From IMG/VR virus record IMGVR_UViG_3300017700_000625, positions 1 to 52,539 of that record: a stretch of 52,539 nt of DNA, one strand, 5' to 3'. Positions 18,043-26,217 of the stretch are shown in pieces (position 1 is the stretch's first letter; every line of letters starts with the position of its first letter). A program made the translations under genes and the position numbers. Source of the stretch: a virus (lineage: Duplodnaviria; Caudoviricetes). Under the pieces are notes generated by a model, which saw only the letters and a list, made by a program, of their open reading frames with translations, had not been told where the DNA came from and searched no databases.

Positions 18043-19517
18043 AGCACCCCTAGAATTCCAAGGCCGATTCCGATCATGTCGGAAACAGCGTCCATAGTCG
18101 GGTCGACCTGATCGTCAAACGATGCTGACGGAAAGCCGAGTAGTTCTGATTCGTATTCCGGCAACCATGACGCCCCCTTCGGCAGCAGGACAAGGCCGCT
18201 ATTGAAGGCCGGGGCGACGTCCAGCGCGCGGGTGTATTTGTCCTTTTCCCGCTGGATGGCCTCCACGGGAACGCCTTTCAGCGATTGGATGAGGCCGGTT
18301 CCGCTGACCTTGTCTTCAATTTTCATGCAGCGCAGCGCGCCAGTTCCCACGCCTTTGATGGCCTTGTGCTTTGCCCAGAATGTTTCCGCATTGCGCTGCA
18401 GGTCTGGGGCCTTCCACTTCCCCCGGACCTGATCCAGCAGGTAGGCTTTGCCGTCGACGCCTTTCCCCCAGCATTGGAACACGCTGAAATCGTTCTGCTC
18501 TTTGTCTTTCTGCGCGGTGTCGCCATAGATGATGCGATATTGCAGGTTCGGGAGCTCTGACCAGTAGTTCAGCGGCCGCTTGAACACCTGGCCGCCGGCG
18601 GCCATCGGGTTCTGCATGTATTGGCTGGCAAAGACGTATTCATCCGCCATCAGCAGCTTGATTTGATCCTCATTGAACTTTTCCGGCCACAGCGGGCCAT
18701 CCGGCAGGCCGTGCTCAATCGGGATTCCGTGGGTGTATTCCGCCGGATATTCCGCGCTGTTATCGATGGTCACCGGCAGGTTGAGGTGGTCCCAATAGTA
18801 GCCGCCGCCGCCTTTCAGCAGGAACCCGCAATAGTCATCCTGATGCAGCCTCTGCATGATGACGATGATGGGGACGTCTTCCACCATGATCCGGCTGCGC
18901 ATCGTGGTGTTGAACCGGGTGTTCACCTTGTTCCGCTCTGGCGCGCTGAACTGATCGTCAGGCTTTAGCGGGTCATCGATCAGAATGGCGCCGGTGAACA
19001 CGTCGGCGGCGTTCATGCGGCCGGCGCGAAATCCGGTGATGGTTCCGCGCGCAGACTTAGCCAACATGCCGCCATCTTCTGCCGTGCGCCACAGCCCTTT
19101 CCCTGACACGTCTGGCCGGATCACGCGCGGCCATAGCGCCTGATATTCCGGGCTGTTGACTACGTCCTGCGTCTGGCTCGAGTTGAAGTTAACCAGAGGG
19201 TCGCTGAATGACGTGTGGATGAAGCGCGCGTCAGGGAAGATGGCCAGCGCCCTGGCCACAAACATAATCACGGCCTCCATCGTTTTGGTGAAGCCGGGCG
19301 GAACATTGATGATGACGCGATTTCGGCGGCCCCATAGCACGTCCTCGAGAACGCGCGCGATGACGTAGTGGTGCGGGCCAACGCGGAACCGCTCACCGAA
19401 TACCGCCTTGAAAAAGAACTTGCAGAAATTGAGGTGATCGCCCTCGAGTAGCGCACGCAGCGCCAGCCGTTCATTCGTCGGCGTTGTCGTCAATATACCT
19501 GCGTCTGACAAACTCAA
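18039..19517 (-). CDS. terL: Terminase large subunit
   Basis: INVPPGFTKT Walker A, ILIDDPLK, IMQRLH, YMQNP, IEDKVSG, DDQVD nuclease motif. Confidence 0.95.
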   Translation of the reverse strand: MSLSDAGILTTTPTNERLALRALLEGDHLNFCKFFFKAVFGERFRVGPHHYVIARVLEDVLWGRRNRVIINVPPGFTKTMEAVIMFVARALAIFPDARFIHTSFSDPLVNFNSSQTQDVVNSPEYQALWPRVIRPDVSGKGLWRTAEDGGMLAKSARGTITGFRAGRMNAADVFTGAILIDDPLKPDDQFSAPERNKVNTRFNTTMRSRIMVEDVPIIVIMQRLHQDDYCGFLLKGGGGYYWDHLNLPVTIDNSAEYPAEYTHGIPIEHGLPDGPLWPEKFNEDQIKLLMADEYVFASQYMQNPMAAGGQVFKRPLNYWSELPNLQYRIIYGDTAQKDKEQNDFSVFQCWGKGVDGKAYLLDQVRGKWKAPDLQRNAETFWAKHKAIKGVGTGALRCMKIEDKVSGTGLIQSLKGVPVEAIQREKDKYTRALDVAPAFNSGLVLLPKGASWLPEYESELLGFPSASFDDQVDPTMDAVSDMIGIGLGILGVL

Positions 19518-19917
19518 GAGTTTCCTCGCTGATCGTTACCGTCGTGGTTTGCCTGACGGTGTGTTCGATCGCGCCGCCGGCGCCGTGGCCAGCGTGTTCG
19601 ACCTTGCGGACATAGCCGCGGTCCTTGCCGTGGAGGGTCAGATACCATTTCGAGGTTTCCACATCGCCCTTTTCGATTTTGTCGAACACGTTGGACTCTG
19701 CCAAATCCTTCATCCGTTCGCGGGACGCCGGGATAACGGCCATCAGTTCGGCATCGGCATTGATGCGGACTGCGAGATTGTCGCGCCGGCATCGCAGCTG
19801 CTTGGCGGCCTTGGCTATAACGCCGTTGTTCCTCCGCAGCGCGTCCGCGATTTCCTCTTTGGTGATGCCCTTCGGGCCGGTGGATTTCCCGCCATTGATG
19901 GGCGTCTGGTTTGGCAT
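19471..19917 (-). CDS. terS: Terminase small subunit
   Basis: N-terminal HTH, DLAESN...WYL..HGKDRGY; directly upstream of terL; SD aaggag before ATG 19917. Confidence 0.8.
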   Translation of the reverse strand: MPNQTPINGGKSTGPKGITKEEIADALRRNNGVIAKAAKQLRCRRDNLAVRINADAELMAVIPASRERMKDLAESNVFDKIEKGDVETSKWYLTLHGKDRGYVRKVEHAGHGAGGAIEHTVRQTTTVTISEETLEFVRRRYIDDNADE

Positions 19918-19940
19918 GCTGCGCGACTCCTTCGCGTCGG

Positions 19941-19968
19941 CTATGCCTGAATTCTGGCGGTTCGCCAA
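19941..19968 (-). promoter_or_regulatory. terS promoter TTGGCG-N5-CCAGAATTCAGG
   Basis: Operator variant at 19946-19957 in the promoter spacer. Confidence 0.6.
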
Positions 19969-20054
19969 CTGCGGGAGGAATTCGCGCGGTCAGGTAATCA
20001 TCACCAGTTCGCAGACCAGCACGTGAGTCAGCAGGCGGATGAGCCATATCGGGG

Positions 20055-20141
20055 TCACGGCGCGGGGATCCTGAACAGCATGCAGACTGCCACGAATGCG
20101 ATTGCAGCCAGCGCCAGGCCGATGGTGCGGCGGCTGGTCAT
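20055..20141 (-). CDS. Hydrophobic micropeptide (28 aa)
   Basis: MTSRRTIGLALAAIAFVAVCMLFRIPAP; ATGA coupling. Confidence 0.5.
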   Translation of the reverse strand: MTSRRTIGLALAAIAFVAVCMLFRIPAP

Positions 20142-20425
20142 AGCACGCTGCGGCGCGGGCGGCGCAACTGTTCGGCCCGCATGTGGTCAACCGCGTTGTT
20201 TATCGCCTGATTGATGGTCGCCCGTTGCGAGGGCGTAAAATCGGCGTTGGGCGGCGTCATGTTTTCCGGCGGCGGCGCCTCTGCCAGTTCGACCGTCACC
20301 GGCGGGTTTTCTGTCAGAAGCGCCAGGCGCTCGAGCGCGGCGGCAATGCGCATCAAGGTGGTGAGAACGCCAACGATTCCGCTTGCCGCAATAACCGCGA
20401 GGGTGACGGAAAGCATATCGCTCAT
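20138..20425 (-). CDS. Single-TM protein (95 aa)
   Basis: MSDMLSVTLAVIAASGIVGVLTTL; ATGA coupling. Confidence 0.6.
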   Translation of the reverse strand: MSDMLSVTLAVIAASGIVGVLTTLMRIAAALERLALLTENPPVTVELAEAPPPENMTPPNADFTPSQRATINQAINNAVDHMRAEQLRRPRRSVL

Positions 20426-20526
20426 GCTGCACCGTTCAGGATGGGCGCGACCAGCAGCAGCACGGCAGCGAACGCCAACGCGATCGCCAGCGCGATCATC
20501 AGGGCCTTGATGCTTTCGGGGCTCAT
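20422..20526 (-). CDS. Hydrophobic micropeptide (34 aa)
   Basis: MSPKASRALMIALAIALAFAAVLLLVAPILNGAA; ATGA coupling on both sides. Confidence 0.55.
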   Translation of the reverse strand: MSPESIKALMIALAIALAFAAVLLLVAPILNGAA

Positions 20527-20948
20527 AAGACAGTCGCTCCACAGTCGACGCATTCAAACCGCCGCGGCAAGTCATCCACTTTCGGAATTTCTCGCATACA
20601 GGCGTGGCGGCATGCGGACTGCTTTTCATCGCGCCGCTGCCGGCGCAACTCCGCGAAGTGCGCTTCGCTTTCCGGCGTCGGGCCGAACGTCGCGCGCTTG
20701 GCAGGCATCACGCCAGTGTCGCCAACTGGCGGCGGGCTGGCAGTCGACTGCGTTGGCGGTGGGTTGTGCTGCGTCTCTGGATTCTGATGCAGCCAGACCA
20801 GCGCGTTAAGCGTGGTGCGCAGGCGGCGAACGGCGGCGATCAGCACGAACACCACCAGCAACAGCAACACATAGCCGATGAGGGCGAGCGCCACCCCGGC
20901 CAGAATTATGGCCTGTTCCTGCGTGAACTCGAGCGCGCCGATTTGCAT
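20523..20948 (-). CDS. TM protein with C-terminal Zn-ribbon-like Cys motif
   Basis: Long N-terminal TM; CRHAC...CVDCG. Confidence 0.65.
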   Translation of the reverse strand: MQIGALEFTQEQAIILAGVALALIGYVLLLLVVFVLIAAVRRLRTTLNALVWLHQNPETQHNPPPTQSTASPPPVGDTGVMPAKRATFGPTPESEAHFAELRRQRRDEKQSACRHACMREIPKVDDLPRRFECVDCGATVL

Positions 20949-20950
20949 GG

Positions 20951-21202
20951 CTAGGCCGTCTTGGGCGGGACCGCAGCACGAACGGCCGCATCCTTTGCCT
21001 CAATCAGTTTGTTGAATGCGATGGTGCGCTGAGGGCAGCGCGGCAGCGTGTCGACCATCCGGCGCGCATGCTCTGCGAACGGCCGGGAAATCGCCTGCAG
21101 CCCGGCAGGCAGATGCGCGTAATGGAAAAACCGCAGCACGTCGTCAGCCGCTAATTCGGCGGCCGTGAACTCGATTGGCGGGGGGTGGATTTCGTCGGTC
21201 AT
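20951..21202 (-). CDS. Small helical-hairpin protein, Acb2/Tad1-like candidate
   Basis: FFHYAHLP..LQ..S.PF...LP...RTIA..KL.EAKDAAVRA; SD agga. Confidence 0.5.
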   Translation of the reverse strand: MTDEIHPPPIEFTAAELAADDVLRFFHYAHLPAGLQAISRPFAEHARRMVDTLPRCPQRTIAFNKLIEAKDAAVRAAVPPKTA

Positions 21203-21261
21203 GGTGGCGCGTCCTGCATAGCGCGTCGGCGGCCCCGGGTGAGGCCGCCGCAGTCGGTAGG

Positions 21262-21831
21262 CTAGTCGAAATCGCGGGAGTGGCCGCCGCGATCATCTGC
21301 GAACGCATCGGGTTTGAGTTTGGCGAAAATGCCGCCGGCGTTGGCGGGCTGGACGTTCGATTCCAGCGCGGGCTTGTCGGCGCCGTCGTCCTCGAGGTCC
21401 ACCGTGGCGGTTTCGCCCTCGCGCTGATCGGCGGCCGGTTGTGGCGCAGGCTTCGCGGCCGGATCGACCAAATCCATTTGCCGCGTCACCGTCGCGCGTT
21501 CGGCTTCGGTCAGGCCGCTGGCAGCGGTCACAATCGCGCCCTGCGTGGCGATGCCGGCAGCGGCCGCAACGGGCTTGCCCAGCACTTCGCGGCTCTGGTC
21601 GTGGAACCGGGCAACCGCCACCGTCAGCGAGTTTTCGAGCCGGGCGTATTCGTCGGTCCAGTTCTGCAATTCGGCCTGATTCGCCAACAGCATGGCCTGA
21701 GTTTTGATGACCGCGTCTTGCGCATTCGAGCGCTTGAAAGCCGCATGGGCCTTGTCTTTTTGCAGGTCCGAAAGGGTCGTTTCGGTGACCCTGGCTGCGG
21801 TTGTCGGTTGTTCGGCGCCGTTCGAAATCAT
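21262..21831 (-). CDS. Coiled-coil hypothetical protein
   Basis: Start reassigned to ATG 21831 (gcaggac SD; a terminator lies upstream within the longer ORF call). Confidence 0.65.
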   Translation of the reverse strand: MISNGAEQPTTAARVTETTLSDLQKDKAHAAFKRSNAQDAVIKTQAMLLANQAELQNWTDEYARLENSLTVAVARFHDQSREVLGKPVAAAAGIATQGAIVTAASGLTEAERATVTRQMDLVDPAAKPAPQPAADQREGETATVDLEDDGADKPALESNVQPANAGGIFAKLKPDAFADDRGGHSRDFD

Positions 21832-21903
21832 GGGAATTTGTCCTGCCTGGTTGCCTGCCCGTGGTTCGCACCCATGGCGCAACTCGCGCCGGATTGCAAC
21901 CCT

Positions 21904-21915
21904 CCCGAATTCTGG
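21904..21915. promoter_or_regulatory. Operator variant CCCGAATTCTGG upstream of TTGCAA (-35, minus strand)
   Basis: One mismatch to the palindrome. Confidence 0.55.
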
Positions 21916-21917
21916 CT

Positions 21918-21956
21918 GAAACGAAAACGGCCCCCGGCTTGCGCTCGAGGGCCGTT
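21918..21956 (-). terminator. Intrinsic terminator
   Basis: aacggccc...gggccgtt stem, then TTTTCGTTT on the minus strand. Confidence 0.65.
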
Positions 21957-22067
21957 CGGTTCGGGCGGCTTTGCAGGACTCCCGAACCGTTGCGCGCTTG
22001 GGCAGACCAACCACGACGCCGCCGATTTGGCATAGGCCGACACGCAGCGCAAGCCGGTTCAACCATT

Positions 22068-22079
22068 CCAGAATTCTGG
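22068..22079. promoter_or_regulatory. Operator CCAGAATTCTGG
   Basis: Perfect copy just past the stop of the initiator gene. Confidence 0.6.
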
Positions 22080-22088
22080 CGCGAGCGA

Positions 22089-23009
22089 TCATTGGGCGAG
22101 CGCCACCGCGTAGCCGTGCTGTTTCAAAATCCCGCCGAACCGCTGCGCGATCTGGTCGCGCTGGAATTCTGTTTCCGCGTAGACTTCCGACCCGTTCCAA
22201 ACCGCCCCGCCAAGCCAGTTCGCTGCCGAGGCCTCGCCCTTCGCGGCGATGATCGCGCGGACCACGTCGCCGGCCTGGCCTTCGGGAATTTCCAGCGGCT
22301 TGGGCTTGGCCGTTGGCGGCGGTGGTGGTGCATCGCGTCTGGCCTCGAATTCGGCCCGCAGGGCGCCGATGAGGCGCAGGGGTTCGACCCGCTCGCCTGC
22401 GGTGCGTTCGCGAAGCACTGGCAGCACAACCGTTTCGAGGTCGAATTTATCCATGAGGCTGTCTAGCGTTCGGTCGGTGATGCCGTCCACGAACCCGTCG
22501 ACAACGCCCGGGCCAACTGCCTTCCGAATTGACGCCCTGGCAGCACTGCGCGCGGCTAGCTTGCTAGCCTCTGGCTCTGGTTCTGGCTTTGGCTCTGGCT
22601 TGCTATTGCGGTTTGGCTCTTTTTGGGATGCGTCAGGCATGCGATTGCTAGACGGGTTTTCCTTATCTTTCTGCCATCTAGCGGAGGCACCCGTTTTTGC
22701 GGCCGTTTTTCTGCGCTTGGTTTTGGCGAAAACCTCTCCGTAAACCTCCGAAAGTTTCTCGTTTTCGTACCGGCCGCGCAGCACCTTAAAGAACTCCTGC
22801 AGGATGGGTTTAACCACCCGGTCAAAATCGTCCTGGCTGACCCTCATGTGGCGCCTGACCCACGTGTCATCCGCCGGCATTGTGCCGCCCGGAGTCTCCC
22901 AACAGAGGCGCAGCAAGCGCATGTATGCGCCGTCTTCCTCGAGGTTGAGGTGCTTTGTCCCGTTATTGTATTTCGATATCCATAGGGGGAGGAATGGAAG
23001 GTCACTCAT
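22089..23009 (-). CDS. Replication initiation protein, YdaU/DUF1376 family
   Basis: LPFLPLWI..Y...TKHL..EEDGAYMRLL..CW; GA.ARW; PEPEPE linker. Confidence 0.88.
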   Translation of the reverse strand: MSDLPFLPLWISKYNNGTKHLNLEEDGAYMRLLRLCWETPGGTMPADDTWVRRHMRVSQDDFDRVVKPILQEFFKVLRGRYENEKLSEVYGEVFAKTKRRKTAAKTGASARWQKDKENPSSNRMPDASQKEPNRNSKPEPKPEPEPEASKLAARSAARASIRKAVGPGVVDGFVDGITDRTLDSLMDKFDLETVVLPVLRERTAGERVEPLRLIGALRAEFEARRDAPPPPPTAKPKPLEIPEGQAGDVVRAIIAAKGEASAANWLGGAVWNGSEVYAETEFQRDQIAQRFGGILKQHGYAVALAQ

Positions 23010-24184
23010 GCTGTTTCCCCGGTCAAAAGGTCTGGCTGAAATGATGCTGGCGACGGGCCAGGCCGCTGAACGTCAACCGCTTCGAACAGGCGGCCGCCGT
23101 CGCCATCTATTCGGGCGCGGGCCATTTCCGCATATTCCGGGTTAAGTTCGATCAGCACCGCGTTGCGGCGCATCCTGTCGGCCACCAGACCAGTTGTTCC
23201 GGCGCCCCCAAATGGGTCGAGAACTGTTCCGCCCTCCGGGCATCCGGCGAGTAGGCAGCGCTCCACCAGTTCGGGCGGGAAGGTTGCGAAATGGGCGTCA
23301 CGAAAGCCGAGGATGCCGATTTCCCAAACCTGCATAGGCGCTGGCTCATAGTTGCGGATATTCCGGCCAAGGCCTGCGGCCTGCGCCTCTTTCCAGCCGT
23401 CGTGCCGATCCTTCCACTTTTCGCCGCGGATGAGCTTTTCCCGCTGGTTGCGCAGGGCCTTGCGCTGCGAGCGGTTGCCGGTGCCGGGGTCTTTCGGGCC
23501 GCCCTGTTGGCTGTCAAATGTCGGCTGCATCAGGCGATTGATGCTCACCTGTTTGAAGGGGACGCGCACGGCGTCGATATCGTAAAAATATCGGGCTGAC
23601 TTCGTCAGCATGAAGACTTTCTCATGGGCGGTCCCGGGCCGGTCCTGCGTGCTTTCGGGCATCGGGTTGGGCTTGGCCCAGATTATTTCCGACCTGACCC
23701 ACCACCCATCTTCCTGCAGCGCAATGGCCAGGCGGTTGGGGATCATGCAAAGGTCTTTCGGCTTAAGCGTGGAGTCGCTGGCGTTTCCGCCGCCGCGCCG
23801 GCTGACACCTTCGGGAAACGGCTGGCCAGGCTGGGGCGGATTGATCGGGCCGATGGTGCTGAATGGCTTGTCGCGGAACGTGCGGTCATCGGTGCCGGCC
23901 GCTTTCGTATCGGCGGCGCTGCGGCCGTTCGGGGTGGTGGCGTAGCAATCCCCATAATTGAGCCAGAGCGTGGCGGTGGGTGTCATCACGCGGCGGATTT
24001 CGCGGAACACGTCCACCATTGTGGCGATGTGTTCGCCCAAGGTGGGTTCAAGCCCCAGCTGCCCGGCCACTCCATAGTCACGCAGGCCCCAATATGGCGG
24101 GCTGGTCACGACGCAGTCCATTGAATCGTCAGGGATGCCGCGCAGCATGTCGCGCACGTCGCCCACTAAAATCTGAACTGCCAT
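23006..24184 (-). CDS. DNA N4-C/N6-A methyltransferase (beta class)
   Basis: DCVVTSPPYWGLRDY catalytic motif before VLDPFGGAGTT SAM motif; HFATFP. Confidence 0.93.
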   Translation of the reverse strand: MAVQILVGDVRDMLRGIPDDSMDCVVTSPPYWGLRDYGVAGQLGLEPTLGEHIATMVDVFREIRRVMTPTATLWLNYGDCYATTPNGRSAADTKAAGTDDRTFRDKPFSTIGPINPPQPGQPFPEGVSRRGGGNASDSTLKPKDLCMIPNRLAIALQEDGWWVRSEIIWAKPNPMPESTQDRPGTAHEKVFMLTKSARYFYDIDAVRVPFKQVSINRLMQPTFDSQQGGPKDPGTGNRSQRKALRNQREKLIRGEKWKDRHDGWKEAQAAGLGRNIRNYEPAPMQVWEIGILGFRDAHFATFPPELVERCLLAGCPEGGTVLDPFGGAGTTGLVADRMRRNAVLIELNPEYAEMARARIDGDGGRLFEAVDVQRPGPSPASFQPDLLTGETA

Positions 24185-24408
24185 GATGTGTTTCTGCCTC
24201 TGCCCGAAATCCTGCCGCCTGACGGGTACGCCCGGCGGTTAGTGGTGGTCAACGCGAACGGGTGCGGAACGGGTGTTGAAAGCCGTTGCCTGCCGCTGCG
24301 TTGGGTCTATGTTCTGGCCAATCGACTGGCCACGCGGCCGGCTGATGGACCCTGGCGCGCTGGCTAACCTGCCCCCCAACTGCCCCCCAGCGCGCCAACC
24401 CCTCCCGA

Positions 24409-25770
24409 TCATTTCGCATCGATCGCCGCCAGCTGCTCGCCGGTGCGGCGCATAATCCAATGAATCACGTCCACGCTCATGGCGTTGCCCAGCGTCGAAT
24501 ATCTGCCGGTGAACGGGCTATCCGGCGCCAGCTGCGTGAAGCCGTCTGGAAAGCCTTGCAGGCGCTCGCATTCGGTTGGCGTGAGGCGGCGCACCGCATA
24601 GCCAACGGCGCTGGAAAGCGCCACCGCCGGCGGGACGCCTCCGTTAGCATGCGATTCCGTGAAGTTTCCGGCGCGCAGTGTGGGCGACAGGTCGGCGGTG
24701 GCGTCCTGCCCGAAGTCTTTCGAACTGAACGCTATGGGCTGGCCATATGCGACGAACGGCAGCGATGAGCCGCCGCCATCGGTGCGCAGCGCCGGCGCAA
24801 CGTCGCCCGGCTCTGGCTCTGGCATGTTGCCGCCGTCGCGGCCGCGCATGCTGAATGCTACGGGGATGAGGTGGCCAACTTTCGTATTGCTGTCAGCGCC
24901 CTTGGCGTCACGCTCTTGCAGCGCCCACGCCACGTCAGGAATCAGCGCGCTGATGTGGGCGTCAGCGCCTCCGCGTCCCGCTCTGAGGGTTCCGGCCGCT
25001 GTTGGGAAGCCGTCGACTCCAGCGCCAGCCTCAACATCGTCGGCAAAGTCTTCCCCCGGGTCTGCGCCCGGCGTAAAATCCCCGTCGCGGCCGCGGCGCT
25101 CAAATAGCACTGAGGCGGGATCCGCTCCGTTTCCAAAATCTGCGATAACGAACACTCGGTTCCGTCGTTGGGCCAAGCCGAAGTATTGAGAATTGAGAAC
25201 CCGCCAAGCCGCCCGCCCCCGTGGCCCTTGAACCATGCCTGAACTTGGGAACCCGCACGATTCCCAGCCGGTGGTTCCGGTGTCGGGATCGACTTTGCCC
25301 CAGACGGCGCCGGGCGGACATATGGGAGCGTCTGCGCCAACAAGGCCGGCCAAGAAACAGCCGAATGCGTTGTCAAAGGTGTTGAGACAGCCGGGGACGT
25401 TTTCCCAGATGAGATTGCGGAGAGGGCGAACAGGTCGGGCTGCGAGGCCATGGGCGTACTCTATCAGCTGCAGGGTGAGGTTGCCGCGCGCATCGTCCAG
25501 CGATTTGCGATTGCCTGCGACGGAAAACGCCTGACATGGCGTCCCCGCGACAAGCACGTCAACGGATGGGTAATCGTCCACGGGCGTTGCCGTGAAGTCA
25601 TCGAACAGGCGCGGGCCATTGCCAACACCGGCGCCGAAGCGGGCCGCCAATATCTTGCGCGCATAGGGCGCGATTTCCGAACAGAACAGGGTTTGCCACC
25701 CCAGCCGTTCGGCCGCGACCTCTGGCGCGCCAATGCCACTGCATAGCGTCCCCATGGTTATCTGATGCAT
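24409..25770 (-). CDS. DNA cytosine-C5 methyltransferase
   Basis: LCSGIG (I), GTPCQAFS (IV), WENVPG (VI), QRRNRVF (VIII), RRLTPTECERLQGFP (IX), LGNAM (X). Confidence 0.95.
   Translation of the reverse strand: MHQITMGTLCSGIGAPEVAAERLGWQTLFCSEIAPYARKILAARFGAGVGNGPRLFDDFTATPVDDYPSVDVLVAGTPCQAFSVAGNRKSLDDARGNLTLQLIEYAHGLAARPVRPLRNLIWENVPGCLNTFDNAFGCFLAGLVGADAPICPPGAVWGKVDPDTGTTGWESCGFPSSGMVQGPRGRAAWRVLNSQYFGLAQRRNRVFVIADFGNGADPASVLFERRGRDGDFTPGADPGEDFADDVEAGAGVDGFPTAAGTLRAGRGGADAHISALIPDVAWALQERDAKGADSNTKVGHLIPVAFSMRGRDGGNMPEPEPGDVAPALRTDGGGSSLPFVAYGQPIAFSSKDFGQDATADLSPTLRAGNFTESHANGGVPPAVALSSAVGYAVRRLTPTECERLQGFPDGFTQLAPDSPFTGRYSTLGNAMSVDVIHWIMRRTGEQLAAIDAK
24942..25451 (-). CDS. Overprinted ORF inside the C5-MTase, M.EcoHK31I beta-subunit-like
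   Basis: 169-aa alternative frame: LNTSAWPNDGTECSLSQILET..IP..CYLS....GILRRA..RGKTLP. Confidence 0.75.
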   Translation of the reverse strand: MASQPDLFALSAISSGKTSPAVSTPLTTHSAVSWPALLAQTLPYVRPAPSGAKSIPTPEPPAGNRAGSQVQAWFKGHGGGRLGGFSILNTSAWPNDGTECSLSQILETERIPPQCYLSAAAATGILRRAQTRGKTLPTMLRLALESTASQQRPEPSERDAEALTPTSAR

Positions 25771-25931
25771 TCACGCTGCCTCTTACCGTCAACCGTAAGG
25801 GTTGCGGTCCCGTCGAATAGGTCTGTTTGGATGAGGCCTAGCTGCTCGAGGCTTTCACGCACGCGGCCGTCAACGCGCGAGCCGGTGGCGGCTTGCGTCA
25901 GGCCGATGCGCTGCAGCCGCGATAGCCGCAT
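25758..25931 (-). CDS. Small winged-helix-like protein with QTDLF motif
   Basis: SLEQLGLI...LTVDG; start reassigned to ATG 25931. Confidence 0.55.
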   Translation of the reverse strand: MRLSRLQRIGLTQAATGSRVDGRVRESLEQLGLIQTDLFDGTATLTVDGKRQRECIR

Positions 25932-25938
25932 AGGCGTC

Positions 25939-26217
25939 TCAGGCGAATGCGAGTCCGTCGTCAAACAGGGCCTCTCTGGGGCTGTAGCCAGCCTTAAAAT
26001 ACTTCCACCAGCAGTCATCCCCGGCGCTGGTCACAATGTCATCGTCAGCCACTTCGGTGCGCCAGATATGGCCGATGCGCCGTTTGTAGAATTCGAATGA
26101 CAGCAGCGTGAAGCCGTCCACGATCGCGGGCCAGAGGCAGAGCGCGCAGAACACGCCGGCGGCGATGACGGGAACCAAAACGGTGAGATAGCCGAGCAGC
26201 ATTTTTCCAATCTCCAC
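25939..26217 (-). CDS. Hypothetical TM protein
   Basis: N-terminal TM; coupled to upstream gene. Confidence 0.55.
   Translation of the reverse strand: MEIGKMLLGYLTVLVPVIAAGVFCALCLWPAIVDGFTLLSFEFYKRRIGHIWRTEVADDDIVTSAGDDCWWKYFKAGYSPREALFDDGLAFA

Noticed and set aside
21832-22200. N-terminal extension of the 312-aa ORF
   Set aside because: Spans a terminator, two operators and a promoter; a better SD precedes 21831. An ATGA-coupled start at 22092 cannot be fully excluded
22569-22600. Tandem hexamer (ctctgg) as a contingency locus
   Set aside because: Encodes the usual PEPEPE linker of DUF1376 proteins; unit length preserves the frame
24239-24460. CDS between the two methyltransferases
   Set aside because: Low-complexity translation with a short ctgcccccca repeat and no recognisable motif; cannot be supported
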